The notes below the pieces were generated by a model. The model saw only the letters and a program-made list of their open reading frames with translations, had not been told where the DNA came from and ran no database searches. The translations under genes were made by a program, and so were the position numbers. This document shows, one piece after another, positions 20,013 to 30,002 of a DNA stretch of 64,000 bases. The stretch is from the NCBI GenBank assembly GCA_964291265.2, contig OZ219747.1, forward strand, positions 4,096,001 to 4,160,000, written 5' to 3'. The stretch comes from Alphaproteobacteria bacterium. Its GTDB lineage: Bacteria > Pseudomonadota > Alphaproteobacteria > SP197. Each line of letters starts with the position of its first letter. Within the stretch, counting starts at the first letter, position 1.

Positions 20013-20970
20013 CTGCCTGTCTCCTGCCCCGGGCGGCGGCCCGCTGGGGCACTGTGGTCTCGGGTCGTTGCGGAACGGTTCGGCGGACCTTCTTCAGGGT
20101 AGCCTCCCGGTGCAGCATGTAGAGACCGCTGGCCACGACCAGCGTTGACCCGGAAATGATCCAGATGTCCGGCACCGTGTCAAAGACCAGATACCCGGTG
20201 AGCACGGCCCACACCATGCTCGTGTACTTGAACGGCGCGACAAGGCCGATCTCGGCGAGTCGCACGGCCTCGATCATCGCATACTGGGCACCGGCCAGCA
20301 GAACCCCGGCAACGGCAAGCATGGCGACATGACCCACCGCCATGGGTTGCCATGCGGCCGCCGTCCACCCCAGCAGCGGATCCACCAGGGACGAGGCAAG
20401 GGAGGCCCCCATGACCGCCAGGGTCGTGAACATGAGGATCGAGGACGATGAATCCGAGACACTGAGCCGGCGTGTCAGGATGTCGCGCAGAGCGAGGGTG
20501 ACCGCGCTGCCGAGGGGCAGCAACGCCACGGTGGCGATGCCCTCGCCCGTCGGCCTGAGAACCAGGATGACACCGGCAAGGCCGACGACGACCGCCGACC
20601 AGCGGCGCCACCCGACCCGTTCACCGAGAAGAGGAACGGCCAGGGCCGTGGCCATCAGAGGTGCGGCGAAGGCGATGGCGAGGGCGTCGGCGATTGGCAT
20701 CATGGTGATGGCCGTCAGAAACAGGAACATCCCTGTCACCACGATCACCGAGCGCAGGGCCTGGCCCTTGAAATTGTGCACCCGGAGATTGGCGAGTCGC
20801 CCTTCGTGGAGAGCGAAGAGCAGCACCGGCGGAACGACGAACAGCGAGCGCACGAACATCGCCTGACCCACGGGATACTGTTCGGTCAGCAGCTTGACGA
20901 TGACATCGTTGAAGACGATGAGGGCACAGCCCGCCACCATGAAGAGAATGCCTCGAACACCGGCGCTCAT
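19999..20970 (-). CDS. DMT/EamA family transporter
   Basis: About 10 hydrophobic segments; LLGERVGWRRW..V..G..GVILVLRP; APFKY. Confidence 0.88.
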   Translation of the reverse strand: MSAGVRGILFMVAGCALIVFNDVIVKLLTEQYPVGQAMFVRSLFVVPPVLLFALHEGRLANLRVHNFKGQALRSVIVVTGMFLFLTAITMMPIADALAIAFAAPLMATALAVPLLGERVGWRRWSAVVVGLAGVILVLRPTGEGIATVALLPLGSAVTLALRDILTRRLSVSDSSSSILMFTTLAVMGASLASSLVDPLLGWTAAAWQPMAVGHVAMLAVAGVLLAGAQYAMIEAVRLAEIGLVAPFKYTSMVWAVLTGYLVFDTVPDIWIISGSTLVVASGLYMLHREATLKKVRRTVPQRPETTVPQRAAARGRRQADGTL

Positions 20971-21113
20971 GAGGATCCCTTCTGTCGCGGGTGCGGAGTC
21001 CGCTCACCTTCGATACTGCACGATTCCGCCGTCGATGGAACCGTGGCTGATCAGGCATTGACAGAACCGGGACAAGCGGCAAAGAAGGCACGGACATTGA
21101 CAGTGGGTGCCTC

Positions 21114-22793
21114 TTGGTCGATCGCGCTCTCCGTACGGGTCGGTTTGAAACGGATCTCGATGCCGGTCCGGCCAACCACGAACCGTTGACCCCGGTCGAT
21201 TTTCTGGTGCGTTCCGCAACCGCGCATCCCCTGCGGACCGCCTGGATTTACGGCCCGCGGCGTGTCTCCTACGCCACCATGCACGAGCGATGCCGGCGCC
21301 TCGCGAGCGCGCTTCGCCGCCACGGTGTCGAACCGGGCGAAAGCGTTGCCGTCATGGCGCAGAACGGCCCTGCGATCCTCGAGGCTCATTTTGCCGTACC
21401 CATGGCGGGCGCCGTCCTCAACGCCCTCAATTTCCGCCTCGATGCACAGTCCATTGCCTTCATGCTGGGCCATGCCGGGACCAGGGTTCTCGTCGCCGAC
21501 CGCGAATTCCGGGACGTCATCGGCCAGGCTCTCGCTCGCCACTCCGGCAAGGTCCACGTCATCGCCATCGACGATCCCGACACCGACAATGACCCTGCCT
21601 TCGGCGATGTCACGTACGAGGAGTTCCTGCTCCAGGGCCGTGCCGACGATGAGCCGCTGCTTCCCGCAGACGAGTGGAATGCCATCTCGCTGAACTACAC
21701 CTCGGGCACCACCGGCAATCCCAAGGGCGTGGTCTACCACCACCGCGGTGCCTATCTGAACGCCATCGCCAACGGCATGGCACTCGGTTTTTCCGGCAGT
21801 ACCGTCAACCTGTGGACCCTGCCCCTGTTCCACTGCAACGGATGGTGCCACGCCTGGGGCGTGACCGCCTGGGCAGGCACCCATGTCCTGCTGCGCCGGA
21901 TCGATACCCGGGAGATCTTCCGTCTCATCGCCGAGCATGGCGTCACCCACATGTCCGGCGCGCCCATCGTCCTCAACATGATCCTCCATGCGCCTGCGGA
22001 ACACCAGCGCGCCTTTCCCTCAAGGGTCACCATCGCCACCGGCGGTGCCGCGCCGCCAAGCGCGGTCATTGCCGGCATGGAGACACTCGGCTTCCATGTC
22101 ATCCATCTCTACGGTCTGACGGAAACCTATGGACCGGCTCTCGTCTCGCCGTACCAGGATGACTGGATGGAGATGCCGGTCGGGGACCGGGCGGCCGCCA
22201 TGTCGCGTCAGGGCCTGCGCCACTCCATGCTGGCCGGCTACATGGTCGCCGATCCCCGGACCTGTGCACCGGTGCCCGCCGACGGCAAGACGATCGGCGA
22301 GATCATGTTGCGTGGCAACACGGTGATGAAGGGATACCTCGACAATCCGCAGCAGACCGCCCGTGACCTTGACGGCGGCTGGTTCCACAGCGGCGACCTC
22401 GGTGTCATGCATGGCGACGGCTACATCGAGGTCAAGGACCGGTCCAAGGACATCATCATCTCGGGCGGAGAGAACATCAGTTCCATCGAGGTGGAGAACG
22501 CCCTCTACCGTCACCCTCGTGTGCTGGAAGCGGCGGTCGTGGCGAAGCAGGACGAGACCTGGGGCGAATCACCGTGTGCCTTCGTCACTCTCAAGGACGA
22601 CGCCGCACAACCCGTGACGGAGGCCGACATCATCGCCTTCTGCCGCGACAACCTTGCCCACTTCAAGGTGCCGCGAACCGTGATCTTCGGGCCCCTGCCC
22701 AAGACGGCGACCGGCAAGATCCAGAAATTCGCCCTCCGCGAGAAGGCCGATGCCTTCGTCGCCGCGAACAGCAAGGGAACCGATGCATCATGA
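21114..22793 (+). CDS. Acyl-CoA synthetase (AMP-binding)
   Basis: YTSGTTGNPKG, YGLTETYG, SGDLG, IISGGENISS, PKTATGKIQK; start codon uncertain. Confidence 0.92.
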   Translation: MVDRALRTGRFETDLDAGPANHEPLTPVDFLVRSATAHPLRTAWIYGPRRVSYATMHERCRRLASALRRHGVEPGESVAVMAQNGPAILEAHFAVPMAGAVLNALNFRLDAQSIAFMLGHAGTRVLVADREFRDVIGQALARHSGKVHVIAIDDPDTDNDPAFGDVTYEEFLLQGRADDEPLLPADEWNAISLNYTSGTTGNPKGVVYHHRGAYLNAIANGMALGFSGSTVNLWTLPLFHCNGWCHAWGVTAWAGTHVLLRRIDTREIFRLIAEHGVTHMSGAPIVLNMILHAPAEHQRAFPSRVTIATGGAAPPSAVIAGMETLGFHVIHLYGLTETYGPALVSPYQDDWMEMPVGDRAAAMSRQGLRHSMLAGYMVADPRTCAPVPADGKTIGEIMLRGNTVMKGYLDNPQQTARDLDGGWFHSGDLGVMHGDGYIEVKDRSKDIIISGGENISSIEVENALYRHPRVLEAAVVAKQDETWGESPCAFVTLKDDAAQPVTEADIIAFCRDNLAHFKVPRTVIFGPLPKTATGKIQKFALREKADAFVAANSKGTDAS

Positions 22794-23749
22794 CTTTCGA
22801 TCGCCCCGATCCCGCGGATGTCAGGCGCGTCGCCTGTATCGGCGGAGGCCTCATCGGCTCGGGCTGGGCCGCGTGTTTTCTGGCCGCCGGGTACGACGTC
22901 ACTGTCCACGATCCCGATCCCGGAGCAGAAAGGACACTGCACCGCACCGTCGAGACGGCCTGGCCCAGTCTCGTGGCCATGGGCGCCGATGCCGCGCCGA
23001 CCACGCAACCGCGCTTCACCACGAGTATCGAGGAGGCGGTGGCGGGAGCGGACTTTGTCCAGGAAAGCGCGCCCGAGCGGATCGACATCAAGCAGGACCT
23101 CTATGCCCGCCTCGATTCGGCCATGACGAACGATGTCGTCATCGCGTCCTCCACGTCCGGTCTGCTCATGAGCGACATCCAGGCCGGTGCCGGCAATGCG
23201 GCACGCATGGTACTGGGACATCCCTTCAATCCGCCCTACCTCATGCCGCTGGTCGAAGTGGTGGGCGGCAGGCAGACCGCGCCCGAAGCCGTCGACTGGG
23301 CCTGTACCTTCTATCAGGCCGCGAGCAAGCATCCTCTCAAGTTGGATCGCGAGGTTCCGGGCCACGTCGCCGACAGGCTGCAGCAGGCGGTCTGGAACGA
23401 AATTCTCCACATGATCGCCGCCGGCGAAGCCACACCCGAGCAGATCGATGCCTCGATCGTCCACGGATTCGGTCCACGCCTCGCCATCATGGGATTCTGC
23501 CTGCTCTTTCACATGGCCGGCGGCGAAGGCGGCATGCGGCATTTTCTGGAGCACTTCGATCCGGCCGTGGCCGACGCCTGGACGCGCTTGCCCTCACCTC
23601 CGATCACACCGGAACTGACCGAGGCCATGGTCGCCGGGTGCGCAAGGCTGCAGGGGGAACGCACCATGGAGGAGCTCGCGACACTGCGTGACAAGGCCCT
23701 CGTGGGCTTTCTCAAGCACTACCGTGCGGTCACCGGAACCATGTCCTGA
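22790..23749 (+). CDS. 3-hydroxyacyl-CoA dehydrogenase family, L-carnitine dehydrogenase-like
   Basis: GGGLIGSGWAA, QESAPE, SSTSGL, GHPFNPPYLMPLVEV, AGGEGGMRHF. Confidence 0.8.
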   Translation: MTFDRPDPADVRRVACIGGGLIGSGWAACFLAAGYDVTVHDPDPGAERTLHRTVETAWPSLVAMGADAAPTTQPRFTTSIEEAVAGADFVQESAPERIDIKQDLYARLDSAMTNDVVIASSTSGLLMSDIQAGAGNAARMVLGHPFNPPYLMPLVEVVGGRQTAPEAVDWACTFYQAASKHPLKLDREVPGHVADRLQQAVWNEILHMIAAGEATPEQIDASIVHGFGPRLAIMGFCLLFHMAGGEGGMRHFLEHFDPAVADAWTRLPSPPITPELTEAMVAGCARLQGERTMEELATLRDKALVGFLKHYRAVTGTMS

Positions 23750-23782
23750 TCACGGGTCAGACAAACGCGAGGCATCTCGATC

Positions 23783-24805
23783 ATGACGTCCATCAACCGC
23801 GCCCTCGTTCTCGAGGACTACCCTTCGGGGGCTCCCGAAGCCCGTCACTTCAGGCTGATCGAAACTCCGGTGCCGGAACCCGCAGTCGGAGAGGTGCTGG
23901 TGCGCTCCATCTATCTTTCGGTGGATCCCTACATGCGCGGCCGTCTGCGGCCCGGTCCCTCCTACGCAGAACCCCAGAAGATCGGCGAAGTCATGATCGG
24001 CGAGGTCGTGGGAGAGATCATCGCTTCGCGCCACTCCCGGTACGTCGCCGGCGACCTCGTCACAGCCGACATCGGCTGGCAGACCCATGGCGTCGTCAGG
24101 GGTAGCGGACTGCGGAAGCTCGACCCCGGCGCCGCCCCCATCTCGACTGCGCTCGGTGTCCTCGGCATGCCGGGACTGACGGCCTATTTCGGCACCCTCG
24201 AGGTGTTGCAACCCAGGCCAGGCGACACACTGGTGGTCAACGCCGCCTCCGGTGCTGTCGGCGCCGTGGTCGGACAGATTGCCAGAATCGGCGGGTGCCG
24301 GGTGGTCGGCATCGCCGGATCCGATGACAAGTGCGCCTACATCACGACCGAGCTCGGCTTCGACCGTGCGATCAACCACCACACGACCAACGACATGAGC
24401 GGTGCGTTGGCCGACGCCTGTCCCCATGGCATAGACTGCTACTTCGACAATGTCGGTGGACCCATCACCGATTCCGCCATCGAGAACCTGGCCCTGGGCG
24501 CACGCGTCGCGATCTGCGGCCAGATCGCGCAATACAACGACACGGAAGTGGCCATGGGCCCACGCAACCTGCGTCACTTCCTCGTCAAGCGTGCCTCCCT
24601 GAAGGGCCTTCTCGTCTTCGACTGGCGGGATCGCTATCAGGAGGGACTGGTGCGTCTGGAGCGCTGGGTGCGGTCGGGGGAAATCAGGTACCGCGAGGAC
24701 ATCGTCGACGGTCTGGAAGCGGCGCCCGAAGCCTTTACCGGCCTCATGGAGGGGCGCAACTTCGGCAAGCAGCTCGTCAGGATCTCTGACGACCCGACAC
24801 GCTGA
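23783..24805 (+). CDS. NADP-dependent MDR oxidoreductase (CurA/YncB-like)
   Basis: LSVDPYMRG, GMPGLTAYFG, ASGAVG, YFDNVGG, GRNFGKQLV. Confidence 0.9.
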   Translation: MTSINRALVLEDYPSGAPEARHFRLIETPVPEPAVGEVLVRSIYLSVDPYMRGRLRPGPSYAEPQKIGEVMIGEVVGEIIASRHSRYVAGDLVTADIGWQTHGVVRGSGLRKLDPGAAPISTALGVLGMPGLTAYFGTLEVLQPRPGDTLVVNAASGAVGAVVGQIARIGGCRVVGIAGSDDKCAYITTELGFDRAINHHTTNDMSGALADACPHGIDCYFDNVGGPITDSAIENLALGARVAICGQIAQYNDTEVAMGPRNLRHFLVKRASLKGLLVFDWRDRYQEGLVRLERWVRSGEIRYREDIVDGLEAAPEAFTGLMEGRNFGKQLVRISDDPTR

Positions 24806-24819
24806 GCCGGCCGGATCCC

Positions 24820-25995
24820 ATGAAAATCACCGGAGTGCGCGCGACCCCGGTCAATATCCCCTTCACCGCCCCATATGTCTTCAGCCACGGATCGGTGAGG
24901 TCGCTTACCAAGACCATCGTCGAGGTGATGACCGACGCCGGGATCACCGGCCTTGGCGAGGTCGCCGACGGTGATCGGACCCGTGATGTCGAGGCCATGG
25001 GCGAGGCCCTCACCGGCATCGATGTTCGGGAGACGGGAACCGCCGAACGCCTCTGCCTGCCCGGTTTCCACTATTCACCCTGGGGTGACGTCCAGGGGCA
25101 GACCCGCGCCTTCGGCGGGATCGAGTTGGCGATGTGGGATGCCCGGGCGCGTGGCGAGAACGTGCCTCTTCATGTGCTCCTCGGCGGCGCCTCGAGGTCG
25201 CGGATCGAACTCTCCGAGTACTTCGGCTTTCGCCTTCCCGGCGTTACCGAACAGGGTGAGCAGACACCCGAAGAGGTTGCCGCCTACTGCGCTCGCATGA
25301 TCGACGAGCATGGCGCCATCAGTTTCGAAGGCAAGGTGGCGACGGTCGGTCTCGACGAGGAGGTGAGAATGGTCCGTCTCATACGCGAGGCCATCGGCGA
25401 CCGCCCGCTCAGGCTCGATGCCAACGGCGGCTGGACCGTCCAGACAGCCCGCGAAGCGATGCGGCAGTTCGACGAGCATGTCATCCATTACTACGAGGAT
25501 CCTGTCGAGACCTACCGGGAAATGGCGCAGCTGCGCCCCCACACCCGGGCCAGTTTCTCGACCCACGTTCTCGACCTGCCCCGGGCTGTCGAGCTGGGCG
25601 CCCCGGACACGCTTGTCACCAACCTCGTCGAACTCGGGGGTGTCGTCCGCACGATCGGATTCATCCGCGCCTGCGAGCAATTCGACATCGGCTTCCGTTT
25701 CCACAGCGGCGAAACCGGTGTCGCGAGCGCCGCCTACCTTCAGGTCTCGGCGGCCATGGAGCATGTCCGGGAACCCAGTCAGACCCTGTTCCGATGGTAT
25801 GCCGACGATGTCACACAGGAGGGCACGCCGGTGCCCAGGGATGGCTTCGTGCCGGTACCCGAGGGGCCGGGTCTCGGGGTGACACTCGACCGCAAGGCCC
25901 TGCACCGTTGCCATGAGCGCTACCTCGAGGAAGGACCCTTCCCGAAGAGCGGCGGTGGTCCCCGGGCCTACCGCACCCGTTTTCGTCGCGTCTGA
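24820..25995 (+). CDS. Enolase-superfamily mandelate racemase/glucarate dehydratase-like protein
   Basis: GITGLGE, IELAMWD, LRLDANGGW, YEDP, PEGPGLGV. Confidence 0.85.
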   Translation: MKITGVRATPVNIPFTAPYVFSHGSVRSLTKTIVEVMTDAGITGLGEVADGDRTRDVEAMGEALTGIDVRETGTAERLCLPGFHYSPWGDVQGQTRAFGGIELAMWDARARGENVPLHVLLGGASRSRIELSEYFGFRLPGVTEQGEQTPEEVAAYCARMIDEHGAISFEGKVATVGLDEEVRMVRLIREAIGDRPLRLDANGGWTVQTAREAMRQFDEHVIHYYEDPVETYREMAQLRPHTRASFSTHVLDLPRAVELGAPDTLVTNLVELGGVVRTIGFIRACEQFDIGFRFHSGETGVASAAYLQVSAAMEHVREPSQTLFRWYADDVTQEGTPVPRDGFVPVPEGPGLGVTLDRKALHRCHERYLEEGPFPKSGGGPRAYRTRFRRV

Positions 25996-26076
25996 AGAGC
26001 CCATCCACAGGGCTGCCGTTTCCGCCCGGCGCCCCTCTTGGTAATGATGGTGGGGGATCAGCCGAGGACATCGGTG

Positions 26077-26964
26077 ATGACGACGGAACAACACGCAAGA
26101 ATGGAACGTGCACCGGGTTTTCTGGCGGCACTCGATCAGAGTGGCGGCAGCACGCCCAAGGCCCTGCGGCTCTACGGCATCGGGGAGGATGCCTGGGAGA
26201 GCGACGAGGACATGTTCTCCATCATCCACGCCATGCGCGAGCGAGTCATCGCCAGTCCCTCCTTTGACGGCTCCCGCATCCTCGGCGCCATTCTCTTCGA
26301 GAACACGCTGAACCGAACAATCGAGGGACGGCCCTCGGCCCGCTATCTCTGGGAGGTCAAAGACATCGTGCCCTTCCTCAAGGTCGACAAGGGTCTCGAG
26401 GCCGAAGTCCGAGGCGTCCAGCTCATGAAACCGATTCCCGACCTCGACCCGCTCCTCGCCCGAGCCCGGGCCAACGGAGTCTTCGGCACCAAGATGCGCT
26501 CCGTTGTCAGGCTTGCCGATGATGAAGGCGTGGCCTCGGCCGTCTCGCAGCAGTTCGGAATGGCCGACGAGATCCTTGCCAGCGGGCTCGTGCCGATCAT
26601 CGAACCGGAGGTCGCCATCGACAGTCCGCAGAAGGCGGAGGCCGAATTCCTCCTGAAGGACGCCCTCCTCGCCGGTCTCGAGCGCCTTGGCGGCAGCGGC
26701 AAGGTGATGTTCAAGCTCACGCTTCCCGAGGAGCCTGGATTCTATCGCACTCTCGTCGATCATCCGGGAGTCCTGAAGGTGGTGGCTCTCTCGGGCGGAT
26801 ATACCCGCGAGGAAGCCAACCGGCGCCTGGCGCGCAATCCCGGTGTGGTCGCGAGCTTTTCGCGCGCCCTCACCGAGGGTCTCAACGCCTCCCAGAGCGC
26901 CGGCGAGTTCGATGCCATGCTCGATTCCTCGATCGCCAGCATCTACCGGGCCTCCATGACCTGA
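26077..26964 (+). CDS. fda: Fructose-bisphosphate aldolase class I
   Basis: AALDQSGGSTPKAL, FLKVDKGL, FGTKMRSV, VALSGGY, ASFSRAL. Confidence 0.9.
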   Translation: MTTEQHARMERAPGFLAALDQSGGSTPKALRLYGIGEDAWESDEDMFSIIHAMRERVIASPSFDGSRILGAILFENTLNRTIEGRPSARYLWEVKDIVPFLKVDKGLEAEVRGVQLMKPIPDLDPLLARARANGVFGTKMRSVVRLADDEGVASAVSQQFGMADEILASGLVPIIEPEVAIDSPQKAEAEFLLKDALLAGLERLGGSGKVMFKLTLPEEPGFYRTLVDHPGVLKVVALSGGYTREEANRRLARNPGVVASFSRALTEGLNASQSAGEFDAMLDSSIASIYRASMT

Positions 26965-27189
26965 TCGCCTTCGCCGTGCCCGGACGGGTGCGCCATCGAA
27001 CAGCGCGCCGGGATTATCATGGGCTTCCGGGAGCATCAGACGAGGACTGAGCGGCCGACAACATCGACAGTCCGCACACGTCGTTCGCAAGTTCGGTCAA
27101 AGGGTGACGATGATGGGTCGTGATTCAGTTTGAAACCTGACCTGTCGCTTGGCATCCTGTATGCCGAGCTGAAAGCATGGGAGGGACCA

Positions 27190-27426
27190 TTGAAGACCAG
27201 CGAGCCTGGAAACACCGTCTATTTCAAGATCGGCGTCTAGTACAAGAAGGACAAGGGAAGCATCCACATCGCATCGAGTGATGTGGCCGGCTTCCATACG
27301 ACGGTACGCAGGGATGCCAAGCTGAAGCGCGGTCATCCGAACCTGTTCAAGAAGCTGGCGAAGGTCTTGCGTGACGGTGGCGCCCCAGCGCCAGAGGAAG
27401 AGTCGTCCGATGCCGTAAGCGAGTGA
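27190..27426 (+). pseudogene. Small hypothetical gene with an internal amber stop (absent from the ORF track)
   Basis: GGAGG RBS, TTG start, KTSEPGNTVYFKIGV*YKKDKGSIHI..FHTTV..GHPNLFKKLAKVLRDGG; TAG at 27238-27240. Confidence 0.5.
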
Positions 27427-27582
27427 TCATGCAGCGATGGCTGATTCCGGTCGGTTCCGGCCCTCCTGACGATCTGCCGACAAGAGACTGATCACTGGAT
27501 CCGATCTCGTTCATGATCGAGGCCGCTACGATGCGCACATATATCCAAAAGCGACCGCAGACATCACCCCTTGTTCAAATCT

Positions 27583-29997
27583 CAGACGTCCTGACCTCAG
27601 TGAGTTGACTTGATCAGTCCGGCCCTCCCTTTTGCTTGACAACATAGCCGTGGGGTGATCCAATATGACATGACGCCTATATTGGAGCATTCCAGGCCAT
27701 GAACACGCTCGCAATGCACCCTCCCGAAGCCGTCCAGATCGGAACCTCGTGCTTCTCCCTTGCCGACCTCGACGGACAGACCGTCTACTTCTCGAACATG
27801 GAGCCCTTCGACTGCCACGACGAGGGCGACCGGCCGGCCATGCTGCTGCGGATCGCGAGGTTCGCCAGGCACGGCGTTCCTCAAGGAGACCTGCAGGCGG
27901 CCTTCGACGTGAGCCGCGCGACCGTGCAGCGGGCTTATGAGGAAGCTCCGGGACAGGGGTGAAGCGAGCTTCTACGAGCCGCGCAAGGGCCGTGGTCTCA
28001 GCGTGATCACAGGCGAGACGGCGGACGCGGCGAACCGTCTCCTGGCCGAGGGCATGAACGCCGCGGCACTGGCCCGGGAACTGGGGATCGCGAGATCGAC
28101 GGCGTACTACAACCTCAGCAACGGCTTCATCGGCGGCGGAGAGCGGCCGCAGGCGGCGCAAGTCGACGAGGCCACGCGATGCCCGGACGATCTTCTCGGC
28201 CGCGGCGAACGGGACCGTCGCGACAGGGTCGCGCCGATGGGGCGCGGCGCGCGCGACAGCGCCGGGCGCGTCGCGGCCTCGACGGGAGCCATGAACGAAG
28301 CGCCGCCGCGCTTCGACGAGCCACTCTCGGCGGTCGCCGGCGGCGGCGTCCTGGCGGCGCTGCCGGCGCTGCTGAAGGAGGGTCTCCTGGAGCACGCGGA
28401 CAGGTTCCTGTCGCTGCCGAAAGGGTACGACGGGCTGACGAGCGTGCTTCTCATGCTCGCCTTCCTGTTCATGGCCCGAATCCGCAACCCCGAGGCGCTG
28501 CGCCACGAGGCGCCCGGGGAACGGGGTGCGGTCCTGGGGCTCGACCGCTGCCCGGAGGTCAAGACGCTGCGGCGCAAGATCAGGGCGCTGGCGAGCGACC
28601 CGCAGCGGGTCCGGGACTGGCAGGACGCGCTGGCGAAGGACTGGATCGCGGAGGCGCCGGATGTCTGCGCGACACTGTCGGTGGACGGGCACGTGAAGGT
28701 ATATTCGGGCCGCAAGGGTCGCCTGCCGAAGCACTTCGTGTCACGTCAGAAGCTCTGTCTGCCGGCCTCGACAGGCTATTGGGTCAACGCGCTCGGCGGC
28801 CGGCCGCTCCTGTGCCTGCACAAGGACCTCGATCCGACCATGACGCACGCGCTGGAGCACGACATCCTGCCCGCGCTGGAGCGGCTCGGCCTGCCGGGGC
28901 CGGAGGCGCCGAACCTCGCCAGGGGAGAGGCGGTCGCGCCGGGGCTGACGCTGGTGTTCGACCGCGAGGGCTGGAGCCCGGCGCTGTTCGCCCGCCTCGC
29001 CCGACGCGGGGTGGCGGTGATCACCTGGCACAAGGGGTTCCGGAGCGATCCCTGGCCACAGGGAGAGTTCCGCACGGTCCGGGCGCCGCTCCACTCACCA
29101 GGTGGCGTCCGCACCGCCGAGGTGCGGCTCGCACAGAGACGGATCACGCTGTCCGGCGGGCCGCAGGTGCGCCAGATCCGGCGTCTTCTGGACAGCGGCC
29201 GGCAGGTGCCGCTTGTCACCACGGACAGGCACACGCCCATGGAGCGGGTCGCCGGCGCGCTGTTCTCGCGCTGGTCCCAGGAGAACTTCTTCAAGTCCAT
29301 GCGCCAGGAGTTCGGCCTTGACGCGCTGGCCGTGCACGGCCTTGTCGAGCAGGACCCCGAAGCGCGCGTCGTCCATCCGCACTGGCGCCGCTGCGACCGC
29401 CGCATCCGCCAGCTGCGCCAGAAGCTCGGCACACTGCGCAACCGCGTCGCCGACCTGCTCAAGGGCGCCCCGTCCGACACCGCCATCACGGCCGCCGCAA
29501 CGCTGCAGGACAAGATCGTGACGCTCGACGCCGAGCACGAGGCGCTCAAGGTCCGGCGTGCAGAAATCCCGAAACATGTCACCGTGGCCGAGCTCGACGA
29601 GAACGACAGGCTCGACGCCCTGCCCTCCAGCGAGAGGCTGCTGCTCGACATCGTTCGCATGATCGCCTACCGCGCCGAAACCCGGATGATGGCCGCCGTC
29701 GCCCAGGCCCAGGGCGCAAAGCAGCGCCCGCGACGCCCTCTCGCCGAACTGTTCCAGTCGGACGCCGACATCATCCCCGACCAGGAAAACCGCGTCCTGC
29801 GGGTGCGCTTCCTCGGCACCGCCAGCAACGCGCGCGACGCCGACATCGCCGGACTGTTCGACGAACTCAACCAGACACGCACGATCTTCCCAGGAACCGA
29901 CCTGCGCATGATCTACGACATGCCAGACAACCCACCCAAACTCGGCCCAAAGCATCAAACTGATTGGACAAATTCATAGCCGAGGTCAGGACGTCTG
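27583..29997 (+). mobile_element. Insertion sequence of unclear family with a large putative DDE transposase
   Basis: Perfect 16-bp TIR CAGACGTCCTGACCTC at both ends; 5-bp TSD AATCT at 27578-27582 and 29998-30002. Confidence 0.92.
27699..29979 (+). pseudogene. Putative transposase (759 aa if fused) with a 1-bp frameshift at 27935-27936
   Basis: ORFs 27699-27962 and 27937-29979 join as VSRATVQRA-MRKLRDRG; HTH region, SVDGHVKVY, VFDREGWS, RWSQENFFK. Confidence 0.8.
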
Positions 29998-30002
29998 AAT
30001 CT

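Noticed and set aside
27238-27240. Pyrrolysine readthrough of the TAG, given an MttB-like gene at the window start
   Set aside because: No pyl genes visible; a TGG-to-TAG nonsense mutation is simpler in a pseudogene-rich region
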